The notes below the pieces were generated by a model. It was not told the DNA's origin and ran no database searches. It saw only the letters and a list, made by a program, of their open reading frames with translations. A stretch of 64,000 bases of DNA from Terriglobia bacterium (GTDB lineage Bacteria > Acidobacteriota > Terriglobia > JAJPHL01). The position numbers were made by a program, and so were the translations under genes. The DNA lies in contig JAJPHL010000035.1 of assembly GCA_021325275.1 (NCBI GenBank), forward strand, positions 54,916 through 118,915, read 5' to 3'. The first letter of the stretch is position 1. Each line of letters starts with the position of its first letter. Below are positions 1 through 9,336 of this stretch, piece by piece.

Positions 1-327
1 ATGCTTAAAGAAGCCGCTAGCCGCAGGGGAAGAAAGAACTCCCTGGTTCTGGCGCGTGTCTTCGGCCGAACAGGGCGCCGTGAAGAAGCTCGCAGGTTGA
101 TTGCGGAAGCTGAAAAGACCGGAGGAGGAGATTCCTATGCACTGCCTCTGGCCTACGCCGCAATCGGCGACAATGGGCGGGCCCTGAATTACTTGGAAAG
201 GGAGTTTGACCAGCGCAATCTTGTGATCTTCATCAAGTTCGATCCACTCTTCGACGGTCTGCGTGCCGAGCCCAGGTTCCAGGCGCTGATGGAACGCTTG
301 AAGATTCCCGACCGCACGGCCAGATAG
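1..327 (+). CDS. TPR-repeat protein, C-terminal part (probably truncated by the window edge)
   Basis: TPR-like helices (GRREEARRLI, LAYAAIGDNGRAL) and terminal DPLFDGLRAEPRFQALMERL motif, typical of the tails of TolB-like/TPR kinase or regulator proteins. Confidence 0.7.
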   Translation: MLKEAASRRGRKNSLVLARVFGRTGRREEARRLIAEAEKTGGGDSYALPLAYAAIGDNGRALNYLEREFDQRNLVIFIKFDPLFDGLRAEPRFQALMERLKIPDRTAR

Positions 328-430
328 CCAGTATGTCTTCTGACAACTCCAGGCGTGGACCGACAAGGAGCAATAGAAGTTTTATCCACGATGAGGATGG
401 GCCAAGAGCCACGGGTCGGACAATGCTAAG

Positions 431-507
<77 letters not shown>

Positions 508-761
508 GTATCGGACCGATTAAAACAGTATACATCAAAAACCGAAGGCCTTCGCCGATGAGGACGGAGGCCTTGGTCATTTTCCCGATCTTGTTCAGTC
601 TAAGCCGCGACCGCTCCACGCTATTGGTTTGGTCCGGCCGCAGGTGAATCGGGCGTCAGTCGCAATGACTTGTGATGCCCATCGGTGCAGCGCGATTCGT
701 AAACCGTTTCGAGCGCGTCTCGGTCCAGCTAGATTCACGGTAACGCCGCGGCGTTTTCTTG

Positions 762-2066
762 TCAAGCTTGTTTCGAACGCTCCAACGCTTGTAACGCCAA
801 TCCGCGAGCTACCGACGTGAACTCGTTGCCCGAGCGCAATCGCGCGACGCCGAAGCGCGACTCGAAAATCCGCCGCACCGCGGGCACAAACGACGAGCCG
901 CCGGTCAGGAACACCATGTTCACGTCCTTCGCGTTCACGCGCGCCGACTTCAGGAGGGCGTCGACACAACTTTCCACCAAGTGCAATTCCTCGGCGATCC
1001 AACTCTCAAACGACGAGCGCTTCACGTTCGCTTCAATCTCGATGGGACCATCGGCAAACTGGAAAACCGCCGCCGGACCACTCGACAAATCGCACTTCAC
1101 TTTCTGCACCGCGCGATGCAGGTGATATCCCAGGTCGTTGCGGATCAGATACCTCAACGCGGCGATCTTCCGCGGTTCCACGGCGTAACGATGCAACTCG
1201 TCGAGCATGTTCATTACCTCGCGGCCCTTCAGCAGCGAGAGATGATGCCAGCGCTCCAGTCGCGAGTAAATCCACGTCGGCACCGGCATCATTTTTTCGA
1301 GCGAACGATATTCGGATCCCGCGCCTAGCGCCGGCGACACAAGGTGACGCACCAACTTCGCGTCGAAGGCATCGCCGGCCACGCCGACGCCCGCGTTGCC
1401 CAGCAAATCCGCAGCGGAGCGGCCGCGTTTGCGGATGGTGGGTCCTACGTGGATCAGCGAAAAATCGCTCGTGCCGCCGCCGAAATCGCCGATCAGGATC
1501 AACTCATCGTGATCGAGCGTGGACTCGTAGAAATGTGCGGCCGCCACCGGCTCCATTTCAAAATCCACCGACTCGAAGCCGGCTTGACGGAACGATTCGC
1601 GCAAGCGCGCTTCGGCGTAGGCGTTGTCGTCCGCGTTTTCCGCGCCCACGAATTGCACCGGACGGCCCACGACTGCCGCGCGGATTGCCTCGCCGAATTG
1701 CACTTCCGATTTTTGGCGTAATTCACGCAGAATGCGCGCGATCAGTTCTTCGAGTTTGCGGCGGCGTCCAAAAACGTCGGTGGTCGTGAGGGTGCGACTG
1801 CTTAAGAACGACTTCAGCGATTGAATCAAGCGGCCCTTCGTGTCGGCCGCCAGATATTGCTCGATGCCCTCGGGGCCGCTCCACGACTTCACGCTATTCG
1901 CGCCGTGTTCTTTGATTTTCTCGAGATAAAGAAGCGATCGATACGCGTCCGTGACGCCGCCGAACGACGGGAACTCGGCCATTTGGACGCGGCCATTCGA
2001 GTCGACGCACGCGACGGAGCTATTGGTGGTGCCGAAGTCGATGCCGAACGCGGAAGTTTTCGTCAT
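762..2066 (-). CDS. Hsp70-family ATPase (YegD-like, lacks the canonical substrate-binding domain)
   Basis: GIDFGTTNS, EPVAAA, GDFGGGTSDFS and LTGGSS motifs; only 434 aa. Confidence 0.9.
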   Translation of the reverse strand: MTKTSAFGIDFGTTNSSVACVDSNGRVQMAEFPSFGGVTDAYRSLLYLEKIKEHGANSVKSWSGPEGIEQYLAADTKGRLIQSLKSFLSSRTLTTTDVFGRRRKLEELIARILRELRQKSEVQFGEAIRAAVVGRPVQFVGAENADDNAYAEARLRESFRQAGFESVDFEMEPVAAAHFYESTLDHDELILIGDFGGGTSDFSLIHVGPTIRKRGRSAADLLGNAGVGVAGDAFDAKLVRHLVSPALGAGSEYRSLEKMMPVPTWIYSRLERWHHLSLLKGREVMNMLDELHRYAVEPRKIAALRYLIRNDLGYHLHRAVQKVKCDLSSGPAAVFQFADGPIEIEANVKRSSFESWIAEELHLVESCVDALLKSARVNAKDVNMVFLTGGSSFVPAVRRIFESRFGVARLRSGNEFTSVARGLALQALERSKQA

Positions 2067-3572
2067 TTAGCGCGCGATGTCCGCCCAATCGCGATCGTAA
2101 TATCGCACCAGCACTTGATCGTTCAGGCGATTCGCTTCCGCTTGCACCGGGCGCATGTCCGTCGGAAAATCGAAAAGCTCGCGCAAACCCGCGACCGTTA
2201 GAAATCGCAGGCCCGGCGGCAAGGACTCAGGCGGCGCGTAGACACCGCGCTCCTCTGCGCTCGCGATCATGTAACCCCATTCGCCGAACGACGGCACGTA
2301 CACGTGATACGGATACGCGCGCAGGCCCGCTTGTTTCAAGGTCTCCGCGATGCACCAATACGATTGCCGCGCGAAAAGCGGCGACGTGCTTTGGATCACC
2401 GCCAAGCCGTTGTGTGTGAGATGACGGCCCATCAAACGATAAAACGCCGTGGTGTACAACTTCCCCAACGAGTAATTCGTGGGATCGGGAAAATCCACCA
2501 CGATGAAATCGTAGTAATCGCTGTGATCTCCGAGCCACACAAAGGCATCAGCGTTGATCACGTGAACTTTCGGCGAGAGCAGCGAGCCGCCATTCAACTG
2601 CTTCAAATACGGATGCGTGGAAAACAGGTGCGTCATCTCGGGATCGAGATCCACCAGCGTGATGCTCTCAAGATTCGGATAGCGCAGCAGCTCGCGGACC
2701 GCCAAGCCGTCGCCGCCGCCGAGCACCAGCACGCGGCGCGCACCGGGGACGGCGGAGAGTCCCGGATGCACCAACGCTTCGTGATAGCGATACTCATCGC
2801 GTGAGCTGAATTGCAGATGGCCGCTGAGGAAAAGGCGCACGTCGTCTTTCCATCGCGTTAGGACAATGCGCTGATACGGCGTGGCGCGAGAGAAAATCAC
2901 TTCATCGGAGTAGAGCGAATTGTCAGCCGCCGACGAAATGCGGTCGGCGAACACCGTACCGGCGCCGAGCATCGCCAAGACCACCGCGCATGACGCACGT
3001 AGGCCGCCGGTGTGACCAATCTGGTCTTTAAAGATAAACGTCGACCACAACGCGACGGCCGCGTTGACGATCCCGAACGCCAGCGCCGCGCGCACCAAGC
3101 CCATTTTCGGCACGAGCCACACGGGAAACAACAGCGACGCGCCGAGCGCGCCGAGATAGTCGAACGTCAACACGTGCGCGACCACGTCCTTGAAGTTGAA
3201 TCGATCGCGAAGAATGCGCATCAGCAGCGGGATTTCCAATCCCACCAAAGCGCCGATGCCGATCACCAGCGCGTACAGCGCCAGGCGAAACGCCTGCGTA
3301 TACGCGAACGCCAGAAACATGATCGACGACGAAAATCCGCCGAGCAATCCCACCATCAGCTCGACGGCGATGAATCGTGCGACTAATCCGCGCGCGATGA
3401 AGCGCGACATGCCGCTGCCGATACCCATCGCGAACAGGTAGCAGCCGATGACGGTGGAAAATTGGAAGATGCTGTCGCCGAGGAGATAGCTCGCCAACGT
3501 GCCGGCGATCAGCTCATAGACCAAGCCGCACGCAGCGATCAGAAAAACCGATACGAAGAGAACGATAGGCAT
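2067..3572 (-). CDS. speE: Polyamine aminopropyltransferase (spermidine synthase-like) with multi-TM N-terminal domain
   Basis: Hydrophobic N-terminal helices; DEYRYHEALVH, VLVLGGGDG, VDLD and VDFPDP motifs; start re-set to ATG 3572 (MPIVLF), downstream of a repeat. Confidence 0.9.
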   Translation of the reverse strand: MPIVLFVSVFLIAACGLVYELIAGTLASYLLGDSIFQFSTVIGCYLFAMGIGSGMSRFIARGLVARFIAVELMVGLLGGFSSSIMFLAFAYTQAFRLALYALVIGIGALVGLEIPLLMRILRDRFNFKDVVAHVLTFDYLGALGASLLFPVWLVPKMGLVRAALAFGIVNAAVALWSTFIFKDQIGHTGGLRASCAVVLAMLGAGTVFADRISSAADNSLYSDEVIFSRATPYQRIVLTRWKDDVRLFLSGHLQFSSRDEYRYHEALVHPGLSAVPGARRVLVLGGGDGLAVRELLRYPNLESITLVDLDPEMTHLFSTHPYLKQLNGGSLLSPKVHVINADAFVWLGDHSDYYDFIVVDFPDPTNYSLGKLYTTAFYRLMGRHLTHNGLAVIQSTSPLFARQSYWCIAETLKQAGLRAYPYHVYVPSFGEWGYMIASAEERGVYAPPESLPPGLRFLTVAGLRELFDFPTDMRPVQAEANRLNDQVLVRYYDRDWADIAR

Positions 3573-3582
3573 GAGGACCGGA

Positions 3583-3675
3583 AAAAGCAACCGCAGATGA
3601 ACGCAGATAAACGCAGATGGAGATGCAAGGTTTGGTCTTATCGGCGTCCATCTGCGTTCATCTGCGGTTGCTTTT
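3583..3675. repeat. Palindromic intergenic repeat (CCGCAGATGAACGCAGATAAACGCAGAT family), copy 1
   Basis: Inverted arms aaaagcaaccgcagatgaacgcagat / atctgcgttcatctgcggttgctttt, built from ~10-bp units. Confidence 0.9.
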
Positions 3676-3681
3676 CTTGTT

Positions 3682-3900
3682 TTAGTGTACCGACGCGGCG
3701 ATGATGATGCACATTCCCAGCGACATCGCGCCGAGCAGAATCGCCAGCGCCAGGTTCTTCTCCACCACAATCTCCTTCCAGAGATGATACGGCGTGATCT
3801 TGTCGATGATCACGAACGCCGCGAAGAAAATCGCGATGCCTAGGAACGAGTAGATCGCCGCGTTCAGCAGATTGCCGGCCATGGAATTGGGATTCGGCAT
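3682..3900 (-). CDS. DUF350 family small membrane protein
   Basis: 72 aa, two TM segments, DKITPYHLWKEI..KNLALAILLGA pattern. Confidence 0.85.
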   Translation of the reverse strand: MPNPNSMAGNLLNAAIYSFLGIAIFFAAFVIIDKITPYHLWKEIVVEKNLALAILLGAMSLGMCIIIAASVH

Positions 3901-3903
3901 AGT

Positions 3904-4089
3904 CTATTTCCCTCCGATGTAACGAAAGTAACTGGCGAAGTGCGAGCGATACGCGCCGGGATTATCGCGCACCGTGTTCGGCACGTCTTTCAGCTCGTTC
4001 ACCTTGTTCAGGCTCCAGCCGCGATATTGCGCCGTGCCCGCGAGCAAGAGCGTCAGCAGTCCGTACGCGAGATACAAAGGATGTCGCAT
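3904..4089 (-). CDS. Small single-TM protein ending in GGK
   Basis: 61 aa; start overlaps the upstream stop (TGATG); N-terminal hydrophobic helix. Confidence 0.7.
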   Translation of the reverse strand: MRHPLYLAYGLLTLLLAGTAQYRGWSLNKVNELKDVPNTVRDNPGAYRSHFASYFRYIGGK

Positions 4090-5453
4090 CAGTCGTCATC
4101 TCCTGAAGAAGAAAACACGCTGGCTGCGCCGCGGCCCGAGTAATCGCTCTCCATCCAGCGATGTCCTTCGAACGCCGCCGAGCGCCATTGCACAATGATA
4201 GGCGGAATCAGCAGTGCGAAGAAAGCGAGAAGGAAAAACGTGAGATTGGGCACGTCGCGGCGCAAGCGCAGATGATAGTGCAAATCGTAGGCGGCGTCGG
4301 GCGTTTCCGGCTCCACGCGCAAGTAGTAGCGGCCCGGCGGCACCGAGGGAATCGTGGCGGTGTCGCTCTTGCTTCCCTCCGAACCGTCGGAATCGGTGTA
4401 GTAGCTGACCTCGCGTCCGAAGTCGTACGCCTTGTTGTTGTCCTGATCGATCAGCGCGAAATTGAAGTATGCCCAGTTGTTGTAGATGTCGGTGTCGAGG
4501 TTCAACTCCACGTTCGACGTGCGTCCGGTCAGTTCAAATGGTTCGGTGACGAACGAGGGCTCGCCCGCGCCGCGGCGGAACGAGTAGTCGTGCGAGAAAA
4601 TTTCCTTGTTCGACGAAAGCGCAATGGAGCCGATAGCCGCCACGAGCAGTGCCAACAGCAGCAATCCGAAACTTCCCCAAATTCCTTTGGCGCGCGCCGC
4701 GTAGGGATTCGGTTGATCCGCGAAGATACCGGCGGGCGGCGGCAATCGCGGAATCTTGAACGCTTGTTCGATCTCCGAGGCGGCCATGTACGTGCTCAGC
4801 GACCACGTGATTTCCTCCGCGCCTGCTTCGGCGGTGGTGGCTTCCGAGGACAACATGTGCGGCGGCGCGATGTAATCGCGAACCTCGGCGACGTCGCCGG
4901 AGTGCACTTCCCACGGAAATTCGCCGACCACGAAGGTGGTCTGTGCTTGCGCCGTTTGGAAATGCGTGTAGGTTTCGCCTTGCAGGATCACCGCGGGCTT
5001 GCCCATGTGACTCGATCCCAGGGGAAGCGCCTGCACCGTGCGCACGAAATTCCAGTGACCTTGATAGTGCGTCAGGTAGCGGAATCCCTGATACGGATTG
5101 AACAGCAGATGCTCGCTCCAGGAGTACGCCACGCCGTCCACTTCGATGGTGCGCACTTGCGCGCCGATCACTTCCCAAATTTGCCCGGCCATTCGCCCGC
5201 GGCTGCCGAGCGGTACGAGCGGCTGAAAGCGCATCTTGCTTTCGAATTGCGAGAGGACTTGGTAGTTTTCGTCCTTCGCGTCGAGGACGGAATGGCAACT
5301 GTCGCAGACGATGGACAAGCTGTGTCCGGCGGCGCGCATCGTGAGCGACGCGCCGCAGTTCGGGCAATTCAGCGCGCGCGTGAGTGCCACAGCTCCGGAT
5401 GGTCCGCCGGGCCCATCCAGCCGCACGTCGGCTTTTGATTCGCCCGTTGGCAT
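4089..5453 (-). CDS. DUF4178 domain membrane protein with N-terminal zinc ribbon
   Basis: CPNCG..CDSC ribbon, W.E.LLFNP.QGFRYL and GEFPW motifs, two TM segments. Confidence 0.85.
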   Translation of the reverse strand: MPTGESKADVRLDGPGGPSGAVALTRALNCPNCGASLTMRAAGHSLSIVCDSCHSVLDAKDENYQVLSQFESKMRFQPLVPLGSRGRMAGQIWEVIGAQVRTIEVDGVAYSWSEHLLFNPYQGFRYLTHYQGHWNFVRTVQALPLGSSHMGKPAVILQGETYTHFQTAQAQTTFVVGEFPWEVHSGDVAEVRDYIAPPHMLSSEATTAEAGAEEITWSLSTYMAASEIEQAFKIPRLPPPAGIFADQPNPYAARAKGIWGSFGLLLLALLVAAIGSIALSSNKEIFSHDYSFRRGAGEPSFVTEPFELTGRTSNVELNLDTDIYNNWAYFNFALIDQDNNKAYDFGREVSYYTDSDGSEGSKSDTATIPSVPPGRYYLRVEPETPDAAYDLHYHLRLRRDVPNLTFFLLAFFALLIPPIIVQWRSAAFEGHRWMESDYSGRGAASVFSSSGDDD

Positions 5454-5460
5454 CAGTTCG

Positions 5461-6096
5461 TCACCATTTTTCGAACAACCGAACGTTCTTCAACTGCAAC
5501 GCATCGTACTCGATCGATTCGCCGACGAAGAGCAGCGGTGTCGATTCGCTGTAGTCGATGGTGGCGAAATGCGCGTCGGGCGACTTCAAATCCGCAAACG
5601 TCACTTTCGATTTGTCCCAGTATTCGAACGGCAATTCACCTTGCACTCCGGCGTAGTTCGCCACCGTGATTGTCGTCACCGAGTATTGTTGATTGAACCA
5701 AGCGAACGTTTGCATCGGCTGGAGATTGCCGGCGGGCGGCAGCGGACTCGGCGGCGCGTGCTGAAAGGAAATCGCGAAGTCGAGTTGCGCATCCGAAAGC
5801 CAACCAGACGTCCCGTCGTTGAACGCGAGATGCCACTCATTCCATCCGCCGCGCTCGTATTCATAAATAATTCGGCCGACGACCACGAATGCTTTTTGCC
5901 GGTAGACTCCCTCGGCGCCGATCTGGATCGGCGACGCGTCGAGGGGAAGATCGGCGATTTCGCCGACCTTTTGCCAATTCACATCGCGACGCACGATGAT
6001 CGATTTGCAGTAAGGGCAAGTGGTCTGCACCGCCGCCGACCAAAGGAATTCCACCGGCGCGCCGCAGTTCGGGCAATTGGCCGTTTTCGCGGGCAT
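5461..6096 (-). CDS. DUF4178 domain protein with zinc ribbon
   Basis: MPAKTANCPNCG..CPYC, WNEWHL, GWLSD and GELPF motifs; start ATG 6096. Confidence 0.85.
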   Translation of the reverse strand: MPAKTANCPNCGAPVEFLWSAAVQTTCPYCKSIIVRRDVNWQKVGEIADLPLDASPIQIGAEGVYRQKAFVVVGRIIYEYERGGWNEWHLAFNDGTSGWLSDAQLDFAISFQHAPPSPLPPAGNLQPMQTFAWFNQQYSVTTITVANYAGVQGELPFEYWDKSKVTFADLKSPDAHFATIDYSESTPLLFVGESIEYDALQLKNVRLFEKW

Positions 6097-6101
6097 ACGT
6101 G

Positions 6102-6449
6102 TTACGGTTCGTACGGACGATCGACGTGGCGCACGCGCACATCGGCGGCGGCCACGGCGTCGCGCAAGGCCGCGGTAAAATCGCCTTCCGGCCGCGGCTT
6201 GCAGCAAAAAAGATTCAGGCACAGTGTGCCGTACTCGGGAAACGTGTGGCACGCGAGATGCGATTCCGCGAGCAGCCACAGTCCGGTGATGCCGCCGGGT
6301 CCCGCGAAGCGATGCCACGTGGCGTCTTCAATGGGATGCAGCGACATTTCTTCCACGATGCGGCGAAAGAGCGCTTGCATGCGCGCGAGATCGCACAACG
6401 CCGCAGGATCGCAGCCGTACGCTTCAATGATCCATTCGCATCCGCTCAT
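6102..6449 (-). CDS. speD: Pyruvoyl-dependent S-adenosylmethionine decarboxylase proenzyme (short class 1B type)
   Basis: GGITG..LLAESHLACHTFPE with ESH autocleavage motif; same operon as an aminopropyltransferase. Confidence 0.85.
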   Translation of the reverse strand: MSGCEWIIEAYGCDPAALCDLARMQALFRRIVEEMSLHPIEDATWHRFAGPGGITGLWLLAESHLACHTFPEYGTLCLNLFCCKPRPEGDFTAALRDAVAAADVRVRHVDRPYEP

Positions 6450-6476
6450 CGCGCCTTGATTTTAGCCTGCTTTAAC

Positions 6477-7505
6477 CTAACCCTGAGCTGCCCCGCACTC
6501 CGGACAGAATTTCGACTTGCGTGGAATCGGCTTGCCGCACTCCATGCAGAATTTCGTTTCCGCACTCGCCGCCGAGCCGCCACCGCTTGGCGCGACCGGC
6601 GGTGCCGCTCCCGCGGGCGCCGTGGGTGCGCTTCCTCCGCCATCCGGCGGATGAATCGCTTGCATCATCGTTTGCGCCATCGCGAGTCCCGCGCCCAATC
6701 CCGCGCCGATGCCCGCCGCGCCTCCGCCTTCGTTCGCCGCGGCGATCGGCATCGATTGCGCCACTTGAAATTGCGTGTACTTGCCCATGTCGCCGACCAT
6801 GCGCATGCCGATGCCTTCGTCGAGGCGCTTCTGCAACTCTTCCGGCAGTGAAAGATTCTCCACGACAAACGTGTCGAGCGCCAAACCCATTTCCTGCATC
6901 CACGGCTTCAGTTGCTCGGCGATTTTCTGGGCCACCAGTCCTTGATTCGCGGCCATGTCGAGGAACGGCACATTGGATCCGCCGAACGCGTCGGTCATCT
7001 TGGCGACGATCGTGTTGCGAAGCTGACCTTCCAGATCGGCCACGCTGTAGGTGTCGCGTGTGCCGCTGACTTTGGTATGAAACGTCCGCGCGTCGGCGAT
7101 TTTGTAGGAGTAAATGCCGAAAGCGCGCACGCGCACCGCGCCAAAATCCTTGTCGCGGATGGTGATGGGCTGCTGCGTGCCCCAGTGCTGATTCGTTTGC
7201 AAGCGCGTGGAGAAGAAGTACACGTCCGTCTTGAACGGCGACTTGAACATCTTGTCCCAATTCATCAAGTCGGTGAGGATGGGCATGTTTTGCGTGGTGA
7301 GTTTGTATGTTCCCGGCCCGTACACATCGGCCATGCGGCCTTCGTTCACCAGCGCCGCCACTTCCGACTCGCGCACGATCAGCATGCCGCCGTTCTGGAT
7401 TTCCATATCCTCCACAGGGAAGCGCCAGGCAAGCACGCCCTCGGTCGCTTCGGTCCACTGAAGAATGTCGATGAATTGTTTCTTGAGGAAATCCTTGATG
7501 GACAT
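6477..7505 (-). CDS. SPFH/Band-7 domain protein with C-terminal zinc ribbon (YdjI-like)
   Basis: EGRMADVYGPG, WGTQQPITIRD, VRAFG and NLSLPEEL motifs; C-terminal FCMECG..FCPECG; GGAGG RBS before ATG 7505. Confidence 0.88.
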   Translation of the reverse strand: MSIKDFLKKQFIDILQWTEATEGVLAWRFPVEDMEIQNGGMLIVRESEVAALVNEGRMADVYGPGTYKLTTQNMPILTDLMNWDKMFKSPFKTDVYFFSTRLQTNQHWGTQQPITIRDKDFGAVRVRAFGIYSYKIADARTFHTKVSGTRDTYSVADLEGQLRNTIVAKMTDAFGGSNVPFLDMAANQGLVAQKIAEQLKPWMQEMGLALDTFVVENLSLPEELQKRLDEGIGMRMVGDMGKYTQFQVAQSMPIAAANEGGGAAGIGAGLGAGLAMAQTMMQAIHPPDGGGSAPTAPAGAAPPVAPSGGGSAASAETKFCMECGKPIPRKSKFCPECGAAQG

Positions 7506-7573
7506 GACGGCCTCCAAGGGCAGTATATACCGCCCGGTTTCAGTTACCGATGTCTGTTACGGAGGCGCGACGG

Positions 7574-8782
7574 TTAAAGTTCCGTGGCCACATCAACCTT
7601 GAAACGGCCTTTGCTGACATGCACATCGAGGCGATCGCCCGGCTGAACCTGCGAGGGATCGCGCACCAAGCTGCCGTCGGCGCCGGCCACGAGCGCATAT
7701 CCGCGATCGAGTACGGCTTGCGGTCCAAGCTGCTGCAACGCGGCGGCGGATAGGGTGAGGCGCGAGCGTTCACGCTCCAAACGCAGATGCACAGCGTGGC
7801 GCAATCGCGTAGCGAGATCGGCGGCACGCACACTTCCAGCATGCAGTCTTTGGCGGACATCTTGGCGCATCAGGCGGCGGTCCAGTTCGTCCACCGCGCG
7901 CCAGAACCTTTGCACGCGATACGCGGCCGCTTTTTCCAGCGCGAGACGCAGCGAGTCGATGCGGCGATGCAGATCCACTTTGCTTGCGATCACGAGTTCC
8001 GCGGCGGCCGAGGGCGTCGGCGCGCGGAAGTCCGAGACAAAATCGGCGATGGTGAAATCGGTCTCGTGGCCGATGGCGGAAATCACCGGGATGCGCGACG
8101 CCACGATGGCGCGCGCGATCGCTTCTTCGTTAAATGTCCAGAGATCTTCGAGAGATCCGCCGCCGCGCGCCAGAATAATCACGTCGACCTCGCCGCGAAG
8201 CTGCCGGTCTCCCGGCAAACTAAAGTATTTCAACGCTTGGACGATTTGCTCCACCGCGCCTTCGCCCTGCACGCGCACCGGATAAAGGAGCAAGTGCAGA
8301 TTCTCGAATCGCCGCTGGAGAATCGTGATCATGTCGGCGATCGCCGCGCCCGAGGGTGAGGTGATGAGTCCGATGCGTTGCGGCAGCGCGGGAATCGGCC
8401 GCTTGCGCGATTGTTCAAACAGTCCTTCTTTGGCGAGACGTTGCTTGAGTTGCTCGAACGCCAATTGCAGCGCGCCGAATCCGGCGGGCTCCATATGTTC
8501 GACAATGATTTGGTATTCGCCGCGCTGCTCGTAGACCGTGAGGCGTCCGCGCGCGGTGACGCGCAGGCCGTCGGCCGGCTTCAGCCGCGAGAGTCGCAGG
8601 GAACTGCGGAACATGACGGCGCGAAGCTGCGCCGTGTGATCCTTCAATGTGAAGTAACAGTGTCCGGACGCGGCGGACTTGAGTCCCGAGATTTCGCCTT
8701 CCACCCAAACGTCGGCGAACTCGCCCTCCAGCGCGTCTTTGATCGCTTGCGTGAGGTCGGCGACGGTGTAGATGGAGCGCAA
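7574..8782 (-). CDS. xseA: Exodeoxyribonuclease VII large subunit
   Basis: VWVEGEIS, SGHCYFTLKD, ARGGGSLEDLW, GHETDFTIADF and RAPTPSAAAE motifs; start uncertain (TTG 8782 abuts a repeat). Confidence 0.93.
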   Translation of the reverse strand: MRSIYTVADLTQAIKDALEGEFADVWVEGEISGLKSAASGHCYFTLKDHTAQLRAVMFRSSLRLSRLKPADGLRVTARGRLTVYEQRGEYQIIVEHMEPAGFGALQLAFEQLKQRLAKEGLFEQSRKRPIPALPQRIGLITSPSGAAIADMITILQRRFENLHLLLYPVRVQGEGAVEQIVQALKYFSLPGDRQLRGEVDVIILARGGGSLEDLWTFNEEAIARAIVASRIPVISAIGHETDFTIADFVSDFRAPTPSAAAELVIASKVDLHRRIDSLRLALEKAAAYRVQRFWRAVDELDRRLMRQDVRQRLHAGSVRAADLATRLRHAVHLRLERERSRLTLSAAALQQLGPQAVLDRGYALVAGADGSLVRDPSQVQPGDRLDVHVSKGRFKVDVATEL

Positions 8783-8783
8783 T

Positions 8784-8912
8784 TTGGAGTGCGGCGACTT
8801 GTCGCCGCTTTGGATGCCCGCGGCTTGACGCGGGCCGGGGTGCAAGCAGTTCAAAGCAGGCGCGCGGTCAAGCCTCGCGCGTCGAAAGCGGCGTCAAGCC
8901 GCCGCACTCCAA
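8784..8912. repeat. REP/REPIN-like doublet (GGAG-TGCGGCG hairpin type)
   Basis: ttggagtgcggcgacttgtcgccgcttt ... aaagcggcgtcaagccgccgcactccaa: two inverted hairpin units between ndk and xseA. Confidence 0.8.
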
Positions 8913-8915
8913 GAA

Positions 8916-9329
8916 TTACATCACTTCAAATGCGTTGAAGAAGTACGACATCTCGAACTTCGCCGTCTCCGGCGCATCGGACCCGTGGATCACGTTGCGT
9001 TCAATCGACTCCGCGTACATCTTGCGGATCGTTCCCACCGTCGCATTCGCCGGATTCGTCGCGCCCATCACGTCGCGCAAACGGGAAATCGCGTCTTCGC
9101 GTTCCAAAATCATCGGCACGATGGGACCTTCGGTCATGAACTTCGTCAAGCTCGCGAAAAACGGGCGCTCGCGATGCACCGCGTAAAATCCTTCGGCTTC
9201 GGCCAGCGTCAAATGCACCATCTTCAGCGCAACGATGCGAAATCCTTCTTCCTGCAAACGCGCCACGATTTTTCCAGTGAGTCCGTTCGCCACCGCGTCT
9301 GGCTTGATGATTGAGAATGTGCGTTCCAT
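8916..9329 (-). CDS. ndk: Nucleoside diphosphate kinase
   Basis: [12 protein letters not shown] and NVIHGSD catalytic His motif. Confidence 0.97.
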   Translation of the reverse strand: MERTFSIIKPDAVANGLTGKIVARLQEEGFRIVALKMVHLTLAEAEGFYAVHRERPFFASLTKFMTEGPIVPMILEREDAISRLRDVMGATNPANATVGTIRKMYAESIERNVIHGSDAPETAKFEMSYFFNAFEVM

Positions 9330-9336
9330 ATTTGAG

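Noticed and set aside
3583..3675. Short tandem units resembling CRISPR repeats
   Set aside because: Units are 8-10 bp with no unique spacers, arranged as inverted pairs; no cas genes
2067..3770. ORF-track long N-terminal extensions (speE, xseA, trpD, aguB, pirin, FNT, ROK, GH29)
   Set aside because: They overlap neighbouring genes or repeats and lack family similarity; starts were moved to downstream codons
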